Source: Octopus sinensis | Taxonomy: Eukaryota | Assembly (NCBI RefSeq): GCF_006345805.1 | Contig: NC_043008.1 | Span: 33,046,001 to 33,110,000, forward strand | Direction of reading: 5' to 3' | Length of the DNA: 64,000 nucleotides | Shown here: positions 14,013 to 26,829 of the stretch, piece by piece | Layout of the letters: each line of letters starts with the position of its first letter | Position numbering within the stretch: position 1 is the first letter of the stretch | Notes under the pieces: model-generated | Told to the model about the DNA's origin: nothing | Databases searched by the model: none | Seen by the model: only the letters and a program-made list of their open reading frames with translations | Made by a program: the position numbers and the translations under genes

Positions 14013-14292
14013 GGTTATGATATTGATGTACTCAAAATAGTTAATGCTTATTGACCCCTTGGAAAGTCACATAAACTCTCAGGGGTCAATAGCAACCACT
14101 TTGCCAAGCTCTGGTCTAGCAGTATCACCACTACAACAAGATGGATCTCTTAATAACTGAGTAGCACTACAGCATGTAGGAGCATCAGTTACTGATAGAT
14201 CACTATTGCCAATGAAACTGAATATATCTTATAAAGAAGTGAGAAGGCTGTTATGGTTTTTCAACATGTGAAACAGAGCTGCCAAATTTCCA

Positions 14293-14520
14293 CTAACCCT
14301 TTAGTATTTAGACTGTCCATATCCAGCCAAAATATTCTATATGTTTCATGTTCAAGTTGGCCAGATCTGGCCTCTTACACCAACCCTATAATATCACTCT
14401 AAAAATTAACAGTTACTTCATCAAAATGTCAAAGCTACATGATCCTGCATGATTAATTCAAAACAATGTAAATAAATAAGCATTACTTTTCACAGAGTAA
14501 TGTGAATGCTAGAGGGTTAA
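14293..14520. mobile_element. piggyBac-like MITE
   Basis: Ends (C)TAA-CCCTTTAGTATT ... GAATGCTAGAGGG-TTAA, i.e. CCC termini with TTAA-like flanks. Confidence 0.65.
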
Positions 14521-15786
14521 ATCACACCCTATCATCTTAAAAAGTAAAGACAAAATACATTGGATAATGTAATCCACATTTACACTATGATTGAAAAATA
14601 AAAGCTGTGACCTCTGTGGACAGAGTACACATGGCCTTTGACCAAAGATTCTATAAAGACAGGAGACATTTGAAACCAAAGAACTGCAAAAGTATCATTA
14701 TTTTGTTATATATCTTTTGTCTTTTATTTTTTGTTTCAGTCATAGAACTGTGACCATGCTGGGGCACTGCCTTGAAGGGTTTAAGTCAAACAAATCAAGC
14801 CCAGTAGTTATTTTTAAGTGTGGTACTTATTGTATCAGTCTCTTATGCCAAACTGCTAAGTTATAGAGGCATAAACAAACCAACACAAGTTGTCAAGGGA
14901 TGATGGGTAACAATGCAAAGACACATTCAAACACTCACACATATATATCTTTTTTTTGGAATGGTGGACTCGAAGCAAATAAAGCTATAAATAATAGTAT
15001 ATACAAGCAGAGGGGAAGGTGGTTACAAGAAAGCTGATAGAGAACTTCAGTTTTTCGAAAATTCACTTGCTCATGGTAAATAAAAGAAATCATTATCCTC
15101 AGCATTTCTGCATCAGCTGCATCTGTCCATGATGCAGGCAGAGTGACAAAACCATCCCGCACAAGCTCATACAGTGCTCGAGCATTTTTGATTTGTGGGG
15201 TTATCTTGGACAGCTGCTATCACATGTAGGATGGATTCAGCTATTAACCAATACCATCATGAAGACTGCCCCATCAACTTCCTTTGGTGCAGAAAGGCAG
15301 GTAGTTTCCCTCCATCTGGTGACTAAAGCAAAAGAAGTTAAGCAGTTGACAAGACTGAAGGGAATGAAGACAGATGCTTTCCTTTTCAACTAAGGCTTCA
15401 TCGACTTTTTAAAATTCCATTTGATAAGGAAGGTGAGGGTTGAGAGAGATATGCAGACTCTCCTACCCAGTAATGGACAAATATGACAAGGATGGTCCAG
15501 ATGAGTGGGCCTACACTAAGTTGGTACTTATAAACTGAGAAATATGGAAAAGACAGGAGCAGTCATCATGATACCCATGGTCAGTAGAGTTTCTCAGGTT
15601 CTGTAGAATTTCTTGATTACTCGTGTTTAGTATTTTCCCCTCACTGGAGACTTTGTTTGAGAAAATTTTTTTGCAAATTGTTATTATTTACAAATTTCTT
15701 TGTAAATCTCTACTGACCTTTGTCCCCCTATTGTCCTAAATGTTTTGCAGCCCTTGTGGCCAATACAGCATTACTGTTATAACTAC

Positions 15787-15825
<39 letters not shown>

Positions 15826-15861
15826 TATTATTATTATTATTATTATCATTATTATTATTAA

Positions 15862-16086
15862 GAAGGTGGCAAGCTGGTAGAATCATTAGCAATCTTGACA
15901 AAATGATTAGCAGCATTTCATGTGTCTTAACATTCTGAGTTCACATTCTGCTGAGATCGACTTTGCCTCTCATCCTTTCAGGCATCAATAAAATAAGTAC
16001 CAATCAAGTACTGGAGTCAATGTTCTCAACATCCCCCTCCCCTCAAAAGTTACATGCCCTGTGCCAAAATCTTAAACCACTATTAC

Positions 16087-16124
<38 letters not shown>

Positions 16125-16640
16125 TGCCAAGGTCGACTTTGCCTTTCATCCTTTAGGGTCAATAAATTAAGTACCAGTTGCATACTGGGGTTGATCTAAT
16201 CAACTAGCCCTCTCCCCAAAAATTTCAGGCATTGTGTATAGAGTAGAAAAGATTATTATAATTATTTACATTCTGAGTTCAAATTCTACTGGGGTCGACG
16301 TTGCTTTACATCCTTCCAAGGTCAATAAATCAAGTGCTAGTCAAATACCGGGGTCAGTGTAATCGACTAGTCCCCTCCCCACAAATTTCAAGCCTTGTAC
16401 CTATAGTAGAAAGGATTATTATCATTATTAAGGCAGCCAGGTGGCAGAATCGTTAGTACGCCGGGCAAAATGGTTAGCTGCATTTTGTCCATTCTTACAC
16501 TCTGAGTTCAAATTCCACCAAGGTCAACTTTATCTTTCCTCATTTTGGAGTCAAAACAAATATCAGTTATGCACTGGGGTTGATGTAATCGACTAGCCTC
16601 CCCTCCACCGAAAATTCCAAGTCTTGACTATAGCAGAAAG
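15862..16640 (+). mobile_element. Head-to-tail cluster of tRNA-headed SINE family B copies separated by (ATT)n
   Basis: Repeated GCTGGCAGAATC...GAGTTCAAATTC...GGTCGACTTTGCCTTTCATCC...GTAGAAAGGATTATT. Other copies near 8480-8800, 10530-11030, 23545-23760, 33155-33370, 40035-40235 and 54022-54470. Confidence 0.8.
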
Positions 16641-18377
16641 GATTATTATTATTATTATTATTATCATCATTATTATTATGTGGTAGTGGTGGAGGCAGTA
16701 GTGGTGGTGGTGATGTTGGTGATGACTGTAATGATAGTAGAGTAATAGTGGTGGAGGTGGTGGTTACATTAATGTGATGGTGGAGTGACAACAGTGATTA
16801 GTAAGAAAGAAAAATTTGACCTATTAAATAAAAGTACCAATAATACCGATAATACTGCTAGCTTTCCATGCAATCCAGTTCAAACAATACAACCTTCCTC
16901 CAAAACTTCCCTAACCATCCTGCCTTGCACATTCCCCTGTACTCCTCACCACAACATTGTCATCGTAATCACATGTAAACATCAAATCATTATTTACAAG
17001 TATATAATAATAACAACAGTATCGATCTCCTTTTGTCCACAAATTTATAAAAACCTCATAATAAAATCCTCATCATCTGCTTCATCTATGTCACTCTGCC
17101 GGCTAATGTCTCTGTGTTGAAATAGCTGATACAATCAATGATAATTCACAGAAAATACAGTGTAGCTGCCACTTGCTTTTCCCAAATAAAAGTACTTCTG
17201 ACTCTAAACTGATAGTAAAGACATATATTACTTTACAGTACACATATATTTGGAATACCACAAAAAGAAAAGGAATAAAAATAACAGTTGTTGATTTGGT
17301 TTGGTTTGGTTTGGTTTGGTTTGGTTTGGTTTGGTACAGCATTGGTTTTGGTTTGGAGCAGATTATTTCTATATCTATTTTCTTTTTATTTTGTCAATTT
17401 CTAAATGCTGCTTTTTGTCTTAACCCTCTGCAATAACAAATTGCCTGAGATTGTCTTTGATTCAACAATACAAAATATTCAATTTTAAAGTGTGTGTATG
17501 TGTGTATGCACATATATGTGTATGAACCTTATCATATAGATATATGCGTGTGTATGTATACATATGCATGTATGAACATCATCATGTACATGTGTGTGTA
17601 TATGCACATATGCAAGTATGAAAATCATCATGTACATGTGTGTGTGTATGTGTGTGCATGAAAATGTGTGTACGTATATGTATGTGTATATGTTTATTTG
17701 TATATATACATTTGTGTATATACTGGCTGTGTGGTTATGAACCTCACTTTGCAACCAAATGGTTTTGGGTTCAATCCCACAGTACAGAAGCTTGGCCAAA
17801 TGTCTTTTACTATAGCCCTGGGTCAACCAATGCTTTGACAATGAATTAGATAGATGAAAACTGTGTGGAAGCCTGTCATATACGTGTGTGTGTGTGTGCA
17901 TGCATGTGTGTTTGTGTATGTATGTGTGTGTTGTGTGTGTGTGTGTTATGGATATGCAAAGAAACCAACCTCAGTTGCCAAGCAGTGGTGAGGAGGGAAA
18001 CACAAACAAAAATACACACACACACACACACACATATATACACACATGATGAGCTTCCATGCAATTTCTGTCTAAAAACTTCACTCACAAGGCACTGGTC
18101 CACCGGTGGACACTTGGCTAATGTACCATGCAGTGAGACTAAACCCAAAACCATGTGATTGCAAAGCAAACTTAACAACGCAGCCATGCCCCACACCAAA
18201 TAGGCAGTTTTGTACAGCCAAACATCACACCCAACTGAATACAACTGGGTAACATGTGCCATGCTTTTGTTGATTGTTTTATGTGCTGATGTATTTACTA
18301 GAAGACATGAACGCATTCTTAGCCACCTCATCTCAGTTAGAGACAGAGAGATGGTTGTACTCTTTTATTCTTTTACT

Positions 18378-18768
18378 CTTTTACTTGTTTCAGTCATTTG
18401 ACTGTGGCCATGCTGGAGCACCGCCTTTAGTCGAGCAAATCGACCCCAGGACTTATTCTTTGTAAGCCTAGTACTTATTCAATCAGTCTCTTTTGCCGAA
18501 CCGCTAAGTTACGGGATGTAAACACACCAGCATCGGTTGTCAACTGATATTGGGGGGACAAACATAGACACTCAAACACACACATATATATACATATACA
18601 TATATACGACAGGCTTCTTTCAGTTTCCGTCTACCAAATCCACTCACAAGGCTTTGGCCAGCCCCAGGCTATAGTAGAAGACAATTGTCCAAGGTGCCAT
18701 GCAGTGGGACTGAACCCGGAACCATGTGGTTCATAAGAAAGCTACTTACCACACAGCCACTCCTATGT
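18378..18768 (-). mobile_element. SINE family A, near full length
   Basis: Reverse complement of the family A consensus. Confidence 0.85.
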
Positions 18769-19639
18769 AACTGGTACTCATTACAACTGAAGCGCTTTTG
18801 CTTAAGGACACAACTGTCCAGTGAAGGAATAGCAGAACCCATGACCATACGATCTCGAAACAAACCCAAACTACTAGGTCATATGTCTTTATACAAGCAG
18901 TGTTGATATGCTAGTGGCACATAAAAAGCACCCAGCACATTCTGTAAAGTGATTGGCATTAGCATGGGCACCCAGCCATAGAAACCATGCCAAATCAGAA
19001 GCTGGTCAGCTTTCTGAAAGAGTTAAGTCCTTGAAAAATAAATATATATTGTAGCAGTAATAAATATTTTAACTCCTTAAATCATTTAAAATCTATTTTT
19101 CTTCTGGCAAGTTGTGAAAGAAACAAAGAAAAGCAATATACTTATCGAGGGAAAAGACAGCAAAAATTTTTTTAAAATACAAAAAGAGAGGAAAAAAATG
19201 AAAATTCTTTGTTGTGTGTTTAAAAATAGACTCCCATTTACAGAATATCACCAGTTTTAGAGGCTACTGAAACAGTTAGTAGGTAGTAGTGGTTCCTGAT
19301 ATTTTTACAAAAATGTCTTCTAACCATTCCATTCTTACAATAAATAAATAAACAAATCAATAGATAAGTAAGTAAATAATGGTTATGATTCTAAAATATC
19401 TCAAGAAAGAAAAATACCATTTGTCATTTTTCCCATTAGTTTCTGTAGTGTTTTTTCATGATTTTTGGTTTTCTTTTGGTATAGAGAGGCATAGTTGTGT
19501 GGTTAAGAAACTCACTTTGCAGCCACATTGTATCATGTTCAATCCCACTACCCAGCACTTGAAACAGGTGTCTTCTACTGTAGCTCTGGACCAACCTGTC
19601 TGAGTGCGTCTAGTAGGCAGAAACTATGTAGAAGCCTTT

Positions 19640-19850
19640 TATATATATTATAGGCGATTTTCTTTCTCCGTCTTCCCTTCCTTGGACCTTTCCTTTTTCT
19701 ATGTTTCTGACAAAGAGCTCCGCTCGAAACGTTAAATCCTCCTTCTTTCTTTCCTTTCCTGAGTGTCCAATAACACTATACTTGTTCCACCACGTCCTCG
19801 CACTGTTGTGTTTTCTCTTTGTGTTTTCATGTTTGGATTAACTATATATA
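19640..19850 (+). mobile_element. Penelope-like 3' terminal fragment with hammerhead-like motif
   Basis: CTGACAA-A-GAGC-TCC-GCTC-GAAACGTT at 19707-19733, followed by pyrimidine-rich sequence and (TA)n. A paralog lies at 62410-62615. Confidence 0.55.
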
Positions 19851-19865
19851 TATATATATACATAT

Positions 19866-20325
19866 TTACATAAAGTTAAATATGTCTGGTCATAGAGTGA
19901 CCAATGGTCTTAGCTTTATAGATGACTCATCAGACTCCAATAGCCACAGGCATATAACCTCTCTTCAAACTGGAGGTAGAAAACCATTAACAACAGTTAA
20001 TGTGTGAACAAAAGAATAATATACACTGTCTGAGCCTTAAACTGGATGGATTATTGTCTCAGACTGGTCCAGTTGGCAAATCTTATGGACCTAAAAGATA
20101 GACAACGAATCTCCCTGGTACTGTTTACAGCTGAAATCGCTGAACGTATATTATTCTTTTGCTTACAAATTAACTGACCATAAAGGTTTGCTATCTCCAG
20201 TTTGAAGAGAGGTTATATGCTGCAACCATAGGAGTCTGACAAGTCGTCTATAAGGCTAAGTGCTTTATGGATGTGAAATCATTGGTCACTCTATGATCAG
20301 ATATATATTTAACTTCATGTAAGTA
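19866..20325. repeat. Imperfect palindrome (arms about 170-200 bp) carrying a second hammerhead family
   Basis: 19866-20040 is the reverse complement of about 20125-20325 (CATATAACCTCTCTTCAAACTGGAG / CTCCAGTTTGAAGAGAGGTTATATG). Confidence 0.85.
20228..20295 (+). ncRNA. Degenerate type I hammerhead motif
   Basis: GGAGT-CTGACAA-stem II (GTCTATAAGG/CTTTATGGAT)-GAAA-TCATTGG-TC-ACTCT. The mirror copy at 19891-19938(-) keeps CTGATGA and ACCATTGGTC but has lost GAAA by deletion. Confidence 0.55.
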
Positions 20326-20959
20326 CATTACTGCTCTAACTTTTAGAGTGTGCTTCTTCCTTGAATTTATGATGCACTGATGGTGTGTACGTATGTACAT
20401 ACATGCACGGTGGCTGCCCCCTCATTATCGAGTATGGCCATTGCACGAAGCTTAATCAATGTTGTTATCATGCAATGCCTGTGCAAGAAGATTTTTTTTT
20501 AAAGTGAGGAAAGGCTGTGCACTGAGTCAATCCCACTCACTAAGCAACAGCAGCCATAATCCGGAAAGAAAAACAAGTCAATATCATCGGTAACCACTGA
20601 GCCACAGGTTTTATGTCGGAGTTATCCCAGTTACCTGAGTTACCTTCTCCTAGAAGGATGCCCTAACAAAGGCTAGGAGTCCTTCACTCCCAATGGTTTA
20701 ACCGCGCGATCGGGTATTCAGTCCGATTATTTCTATGTCCCCGCGCATGATACAGCCTTAAGACATTTATTGGATGGCCGTTGACTCTCAAGAGTTCCTC
20801 CGCCCTGTGACGGGTTTTGTTTTTCATCCCACAGGGTGTCCAATAAACAACCTCCTCACCAAGCATACATACATACATACATACATACATATAGGCATAG
20901 GTACGGCTGTGTGTTAAGAAGTTTGCATGACATCTTGGGCAAGTACATTCAACTATAGC

Positions 20960-21578
20960 CTTGTTTCAGTCATTTCACTGTGACCATGCTGGAGCACTGC
21001 CTTTAGTCGAGCAAATCGACCCCAGAACTTATTCTTTGTAAGCTTAGTACTTATTTGATTAGTTTCTTTTGCCAAACCGCTAAGTTATGGGGACATAAAC
21101 ACACCAGCATCGGTTGTCAAGCGATGTTGGGGGGACAAACACAGACACAGACACACACACACATATATATATACATACATATACATATATACGACGGGCT
21201 TCTTTCAGTTTCCGTCTACCAAATCCACTCACAAGGCTTTGGTCAGCCCAAGGCTATAGTAGAAGACACTTGCCCAAGGTGTCACGCAGTGGTACTGAAC
21301 CCGGAACCATGTGGTTGGTAAGCAAGCTACTTACCACACAGCCACTCCTACACCTATATATATTCTTTTATTCTTGAACTTGTTTCAATCATTTGACTGC
21401 GGCCATGCTAGTGCATCGCCTTGAAGGGTTTTTAGTCGAACAACACAAACCCAACATAGTATCTTACTCTATCAGCCTCTTTTGCTAAACCACTAAGTTA
21501 CAAGGATGTAAACACACCAACACCAGTTGTCAAGCTGTGATGGCAGGGACAAAAACAGACAGAAAGACACACACACAC

Positions 21579-21625
<47 letters not shown>

Positions 21626-21756
21626 TAGATACATACAAAGTTTTGGTCAGTCAAAAGCTATAGTAGAAGACACTCACCTAAGTTGTCATACAGTGGAACT
21701 GAACCCAGAACCATGTGGTTGGGAAGCAAGCTTCTTACCACACAGTCACTCCTGAG

Positions 21757-21757
<1 letters not shown>
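20960..21757 (-). mobile_element. Two adjacent SINE family A copies (about 20960-21353 and 21365-21757)
   Basis: Two consecutive reverse-complement copies. Confidence 0.8.
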
Positions 21758-21795
<38 letters not shown>

Positions 21796-21850
21796 CACAT
21801 ACACACTAAACAATGTTGTTCGAGTATATTTGATTTAAAGTATCACTTAC

Positions 21851-21992
21851 CTTTACAATCAATGTTCTTTTTCACTAAAACCATCCACCATTCTTTCTTG
21901 ACCACAGGGCTGAAACAGAGGGATCTGAGGAATTGCTCCAAGCAGGAAGAATTATGATTGGATTGAAACAGCATCTGGTTTTCATTGTAATT
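21851..21992 (-). CDS. CTC1: CTC1 coding exon (142 nt, phase 0 to 1)
   Basis: Acceptor ttcttttatag|, donor G|GTAAGT. 'LEQFLRSLCFSPVVKKEWWMVL' compared with human '[22 protein letters not shown]'. In a different frame from the ORF-track call. Confidence 0.87.
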
Positions 21993-22297
21993 CTATAAAA
22001 GAATTGAAAAGTGGCAAAAATGTAGTGAAACAAATCAACACTAGAAAAACCACCCCCACTATCACAATCATCAACACTACTATCAATAATAGCACCAGCA
22101 GCAGCAACAACAACAACACTAGGAAAGTGAGTTTGCAAGTCTATTTTGGTTTCGTTTCTACAGCTGGATGCCTTTCCTAACACCAACCACTCTTTAGAGT
22201 GTATCAGGTATCTTTTATGTGTTACTGGTGTAGGTGCCTTTTACAGATCAGGTGCCTCACACACACACACACACACATGATGTATTTATTTCAGTTT

Positions 22298-22330
<33 letters not shown>

Positions 22331-22669
22331 AGGAATGAAGACAGAAACAGGTGCACTGCCGCAAAGGAAATACATGATTACCCAACCTGAGGAAAGTACA
22401 GAAGGGAAGAGGGGAGGAAGGAGACAGAGATGGTGGCTAAGTGACGGGTATATGCAATGATGCAGTGAGACAGGACGTGGATAGAACACACAGGTCAGAA
22501 GCGGAGAGCAATGATACAATGGCACAGGGGCCAAGATGACAGGATTGGGGAGTGGGAGGTAAGCCTAGTGCATGAAGTGGAAATATGAGGAAGAGAAGAA
22601 ATGTAGTTTGGTTTGTTGTGGTAGAGTGTGTGAGAAGTTTTTTTTATTAAGTGTGGGTAGGACACACAG

Positions 22670-23185
22670 CACTTCTAGAACTCAGTTTCGTTGACATGGG
22701 CAGGTCTTCTCAAGAACTTCATATTGCCAGACATCTTGGTCCATTGTCATTTCCTCTGTGAGGCTCAACATCCTGAGATTGGTCCTTACCACTTCATCCC
22801 ATGGCTTCCTGGCTCTCCCTCTTCCACAGGTACCATCCACTTTCAGTGATTGGCACTTCTTTATGCAGCTGTCCTCATTCATACACATCACATGTCCAAA
22901 CCAACGTAGACTTCTCCCTTGCATGCTACATTTGATTCCTCTTATGCCCAACTTTTCTCTCAATACATTTGCACTTTGTCGTACATGTGCACTGATGTTG
23001 CACATCCAACAGAGCATACTATCTTCATTTCTCTCCAGTCTGTGCATGCCTTCTGCATTCAGATCCCATGTCTCACTACCATGGAGTATAGACATTCACA
23101 CACAAACATCACAAAGTCTACCTTTCACACTGAGAGAGAGTCCTTTTATTGCCAACAGAGGTAATAGCACTCTGAATTTCGTCCA
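22670..23185 (-). mobile_element. RTE LINE 3' coding fragment (decayed)
   Basis: LHGSETW...LRWFGHV...RGRARKPWDEVV C-terminal RTE motifs in ORF 22682-23095. Confidence 0.85.
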
Positions 23186-23496
23186 CCCAATATCCTGTTT
23201 TTGTTATTATTATTATCATTATTGTTTTTACGTATTTTTGTATTCTTATTCGTGTAACATTGTCTGTTTTCCACCCTTGTTTTGTATACATTCGAGGCTT
23301 TCTTCCAAGTAATCTAACGCACTTGGCTTAGATTTTCCTTTGGGGCTGGCCAGATCGGAGCAATCTCAAGATTAATCAGCCGAAATTGCGAGGATGATCC
23401 GGTTCTTGACTGAAGATTGAAGGCTTCGAATGTCCCATCCGTGTTTTTTGTATCATCTTCTAAATGTTTTGCGTTCTTGTCCCAATTTGTATTTTT

Positions 23497-23546
<50 letters not shown>

Positions 23547-23820
23547 ATGGCAAGCTGGCAGAATCTTTAACACATCAGGTAAACTGCTTACTGGCATTTC
23601 ATCAGTCATTATGTTCTGAGTTCAAATTCCTCTGAGGTCAACTTTGCCTTTCATCCTTTCAGTGTCGATAAAACAAGTATCAGTTGAACAGTAGAATTGA
23701 TTTAATTGACTTAGCCCCTCCCCCAGACCTGCTGGCCTTGTGCCAAAATTTGAAACCAAAATATATATACATATATATATGCATGTATATGTATAGACAT
23801 TAGAGATATATAGATGTGTA

Positions 23821-23876
<56 letters not shown>

Positions 23877-24244
23877 ATATATACACACATACATACGTGA
23901 CACATGAAAAATACCCAGTATACTCTATGGAATGGGTGGTGATAGGAAGGGCATCCAGCCATAAAAACCAAGCCAAAACAGACTGGAGCTTGGCACAGTA
24001 CTCCGGCTAACCAATTCCACTCAAACCAACTAACCCATGCCAGCACTGAAAACAGACGCGAAATGATGATGATGATGGGGCTCCTTTCAGTTTCCATCTA
24101 TTAAATACTTCCACAAGATTTTAGATGGAGTGGGAGTATTGTAGAAAACACCTGCCCAAGGAACCACACAGTCGAACTGAACCCCAAGAAAGCAAACTGT
24201 GTAGTTGGAGAGTGAGCTCCAGAGCAACCATGCTTGTGATGATG

Positions 24245-24668
24245 ATATTCATTTACTTGTTTCAGTCATTAGACTGTGGCCATGCTGGGGCACCAACTTG
24301 AAAAAATTTAATCGAATAAATCAACCCCAGTACTTTTATTTTTTAAGCCTGGTACTTATTCTATTGGTCTCTTTTGCTAAACTGCCAAGTTAAGGAGACA
24401 TAAACACACCAGCAATGGTTGTCAAGTGGTGGTGGGCAACAAACACAGACATACACATATCCCTCTCTCTCTCTCTTTTGGAGAGGCACTGAGCACCTAC
24501 ATGCACATATACACACACGGCAGTAACTTCCGCCTGCCGAATTCAATCACAAAGCTTCGGTCGGCTCGGGGCTATAGTGGAAGACACCTGCCCAAAGTGC
24601 CACGCAGTGGGACTGAACTCGAAACCATGTAGCTAGAAAGCAAGCTCCCTAACCACACAGCCATGCCG
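24245..24668 (-). mobile_element. SINE family A copy
   Basis: Reverse complement of the family A consensus. Confidence 0.78.
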
Positions 24669-25167
24669 TATGTGCATATATATTTATATATATATAAAGT
24701 CAATGCACAGCTGTAACCTACACTTGTGTTGCAAAACCAGCCCACTCAAAAGTACCTTGGATCATAGGGCGACATGCCATGCTTGAAGAGATCTATTGAG
24801 TCAAGTACATCAACAATATCAAAGTCAAATCAAATGGAAATTGTAGTTGTAAGCCCTGTGCCAGTAGCATGTAAAAAGCACCATCTAAACATGGCTGATG
24901 CCAGTACTGCCTTGACTGGCTTCCGTGCCGGTGGCATGTAAAAAGCACCATCTGATCGTGGTCGATGCCAGCTCCTCTGGCCTCTTATGCCGCATAAAAA
25001 GCACCCACTACACTCTCGGAGTGGTTGGCGTTAGGAAAAGCATCCAGCTGTAGAAACACACTGCCAGATCAGATTGGGGCCTGATGCAACCTCCTGGCAT
25101 CCCAGACCCCAGTCGAACCATCCAACCCATGCCAGCATGGAAAACAGATGTAAAATGATGATGATGA

Positions 25168-25209
<42 letters not shown>

Positions 25210-26829
25210 GATGGGTTCCTTTCAGTTTTCATCTACCAAATCCACTTACAAGACTTTGATTGGCTCAAAGCTATAATAAAAGACACTTGACCAAGGTGCC
25301 ATGCAGTGGGACTGAACCTGGAACCATGTGGTTGGGAAGCAAGTTTCTTTCCACACAGCCACTATCGATTACCAAGAGATGGTGCATTGCAATATCACTG
25401 AGCTTGTGTGTGTGTGTGAGAGAGAGACAGAGAGAGAGAGAGAATAAGCAGGCTAGCAGCTTGGTTTATACTTATTTGTATGCGTGTGTGGCCTTACAGG
25501 TATGTGTGTACCTGCAAGCATGTTTTCACATGCTGGCTTGCAAGTTAATTCCACCTATTCTAATGTAGCCATATGCACAGACATGAATGTGCATACTGTT
25601 ACTGATGGCCTGTCCACTAACCACTGACCTTCAAATGACCAAAAAGTAATTCCTCTCTAACTGACATTGACCAATAATAATCTTCCTGATTTTACATTTT
25701 AGAACCTCCACTGAAACTGCTATGATAGCAATGAAATCTCTTCTCAAACCACCACCTCTACCACCTTATAGAGCAAATACTTTATAAGGTGGTGAAGGTG
25801 GTGGTTTGAGAGGAGGAGGGGTGGGGGGAAGGAGGATGAGGAAGGGGGACGATGAGGAAGATGAGGAGGAGGTGGAAGTGGAGGGGACGATGAGGAGGAT
25901 GAGGAGGTGGAGGGGACGATGAGGAGGAGCTGGATGAGGTGGAGGAGGAGGAGGTGGTGGTGGTGGTTTAGGAGGAGGAGGAGGAGGAACGGCAGCAGCC
26001 ACTTAACGTCTGGCTTTTCCATGCTTGTATGGGTCGGATGGAATTTGTCAAGGTAGGTTTTGCTACACCCAGATGCCCATCCCATCACCAGCCCTCACCT
26101 GTTTCCACATAAGCTCGTATTTTTCATGACCAGACATGCTTCACAGAAGATTGGAGACAAAGGGCATCACTTAAATGATGGTGTCATTCATTTATAACTG
26201 TTATGTGCTGTGAAGGCAAGAAGACAGTAACAAACACACATACTCCCACCACAGACAAACACACATACCTGTGTACAATGAGCTTCACTCTGTTTCTGTC
26301 TCAAAGATCCACTCAAGGATTTGGTCAGGCCAGTGCTATAACAAAAGACACTTGCTCAAGATGCCACATAACAGGACTGAACCCCAAATCATTTGGTTGA
26401 GAAACAAACTTCTTACCACAATATTAAATCACACCATATTAAAAATCGAATCCAAAATACACTATTTCAAGGGGCAGAGGAAAAAAAAGGGAACATCTTT
26501 TACATTGTTTGTTAACATCAAGAAATTTTCTCCATGGCAAAACACAGTGAATGGCTTTGTTATGGGTTCACATATGTCTCAAGCATATTAACCTTATATT
26601 TATACACATCATTACTTAGTGCTGCTACCCTGCAATTGGTTTATTGTGTGCTGCCAATTAGCACTACCAATCATTGAATGATGACTGGAATATCATAAGA
26701 GAGACAATCTCTCTTATCAGCTTTGCAGTGCACCCTGTCCAGTTTCTGTGACTGAAGTGGAGATAACCACTTTGAAATGCTTGCATCTTACAGTCTGAGT
26801 AGGGGGCACTGTGAGCTGATTTTAGATGT

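Noticed and set aside
23405-23440. CTGAAGA...CTTCGAATGTC, a possible fourth hammerhead
   Set aside because: The GAAA core and stem II cannot both be formed.
25628-25684. Possible 57-nt phase 0-0 exon EDYYWSMSVREELLFGHLK
   Set aside because: No pyrimidine tract, no recognisable CTC1 similarity, and not needed for the alignment.
26440-26580. Minus-strand frame DICEPITKPFTVFCHGENFLMLT...LCPLK*, a tempting CTC1 last exon
   Set aside because: No usable acceptor. The sequence matches a dispersed hairpin repeat also present at 9760-9870 and 27390-27450. Better exons at 21851-21992 and 8930-9087 complete the protein.
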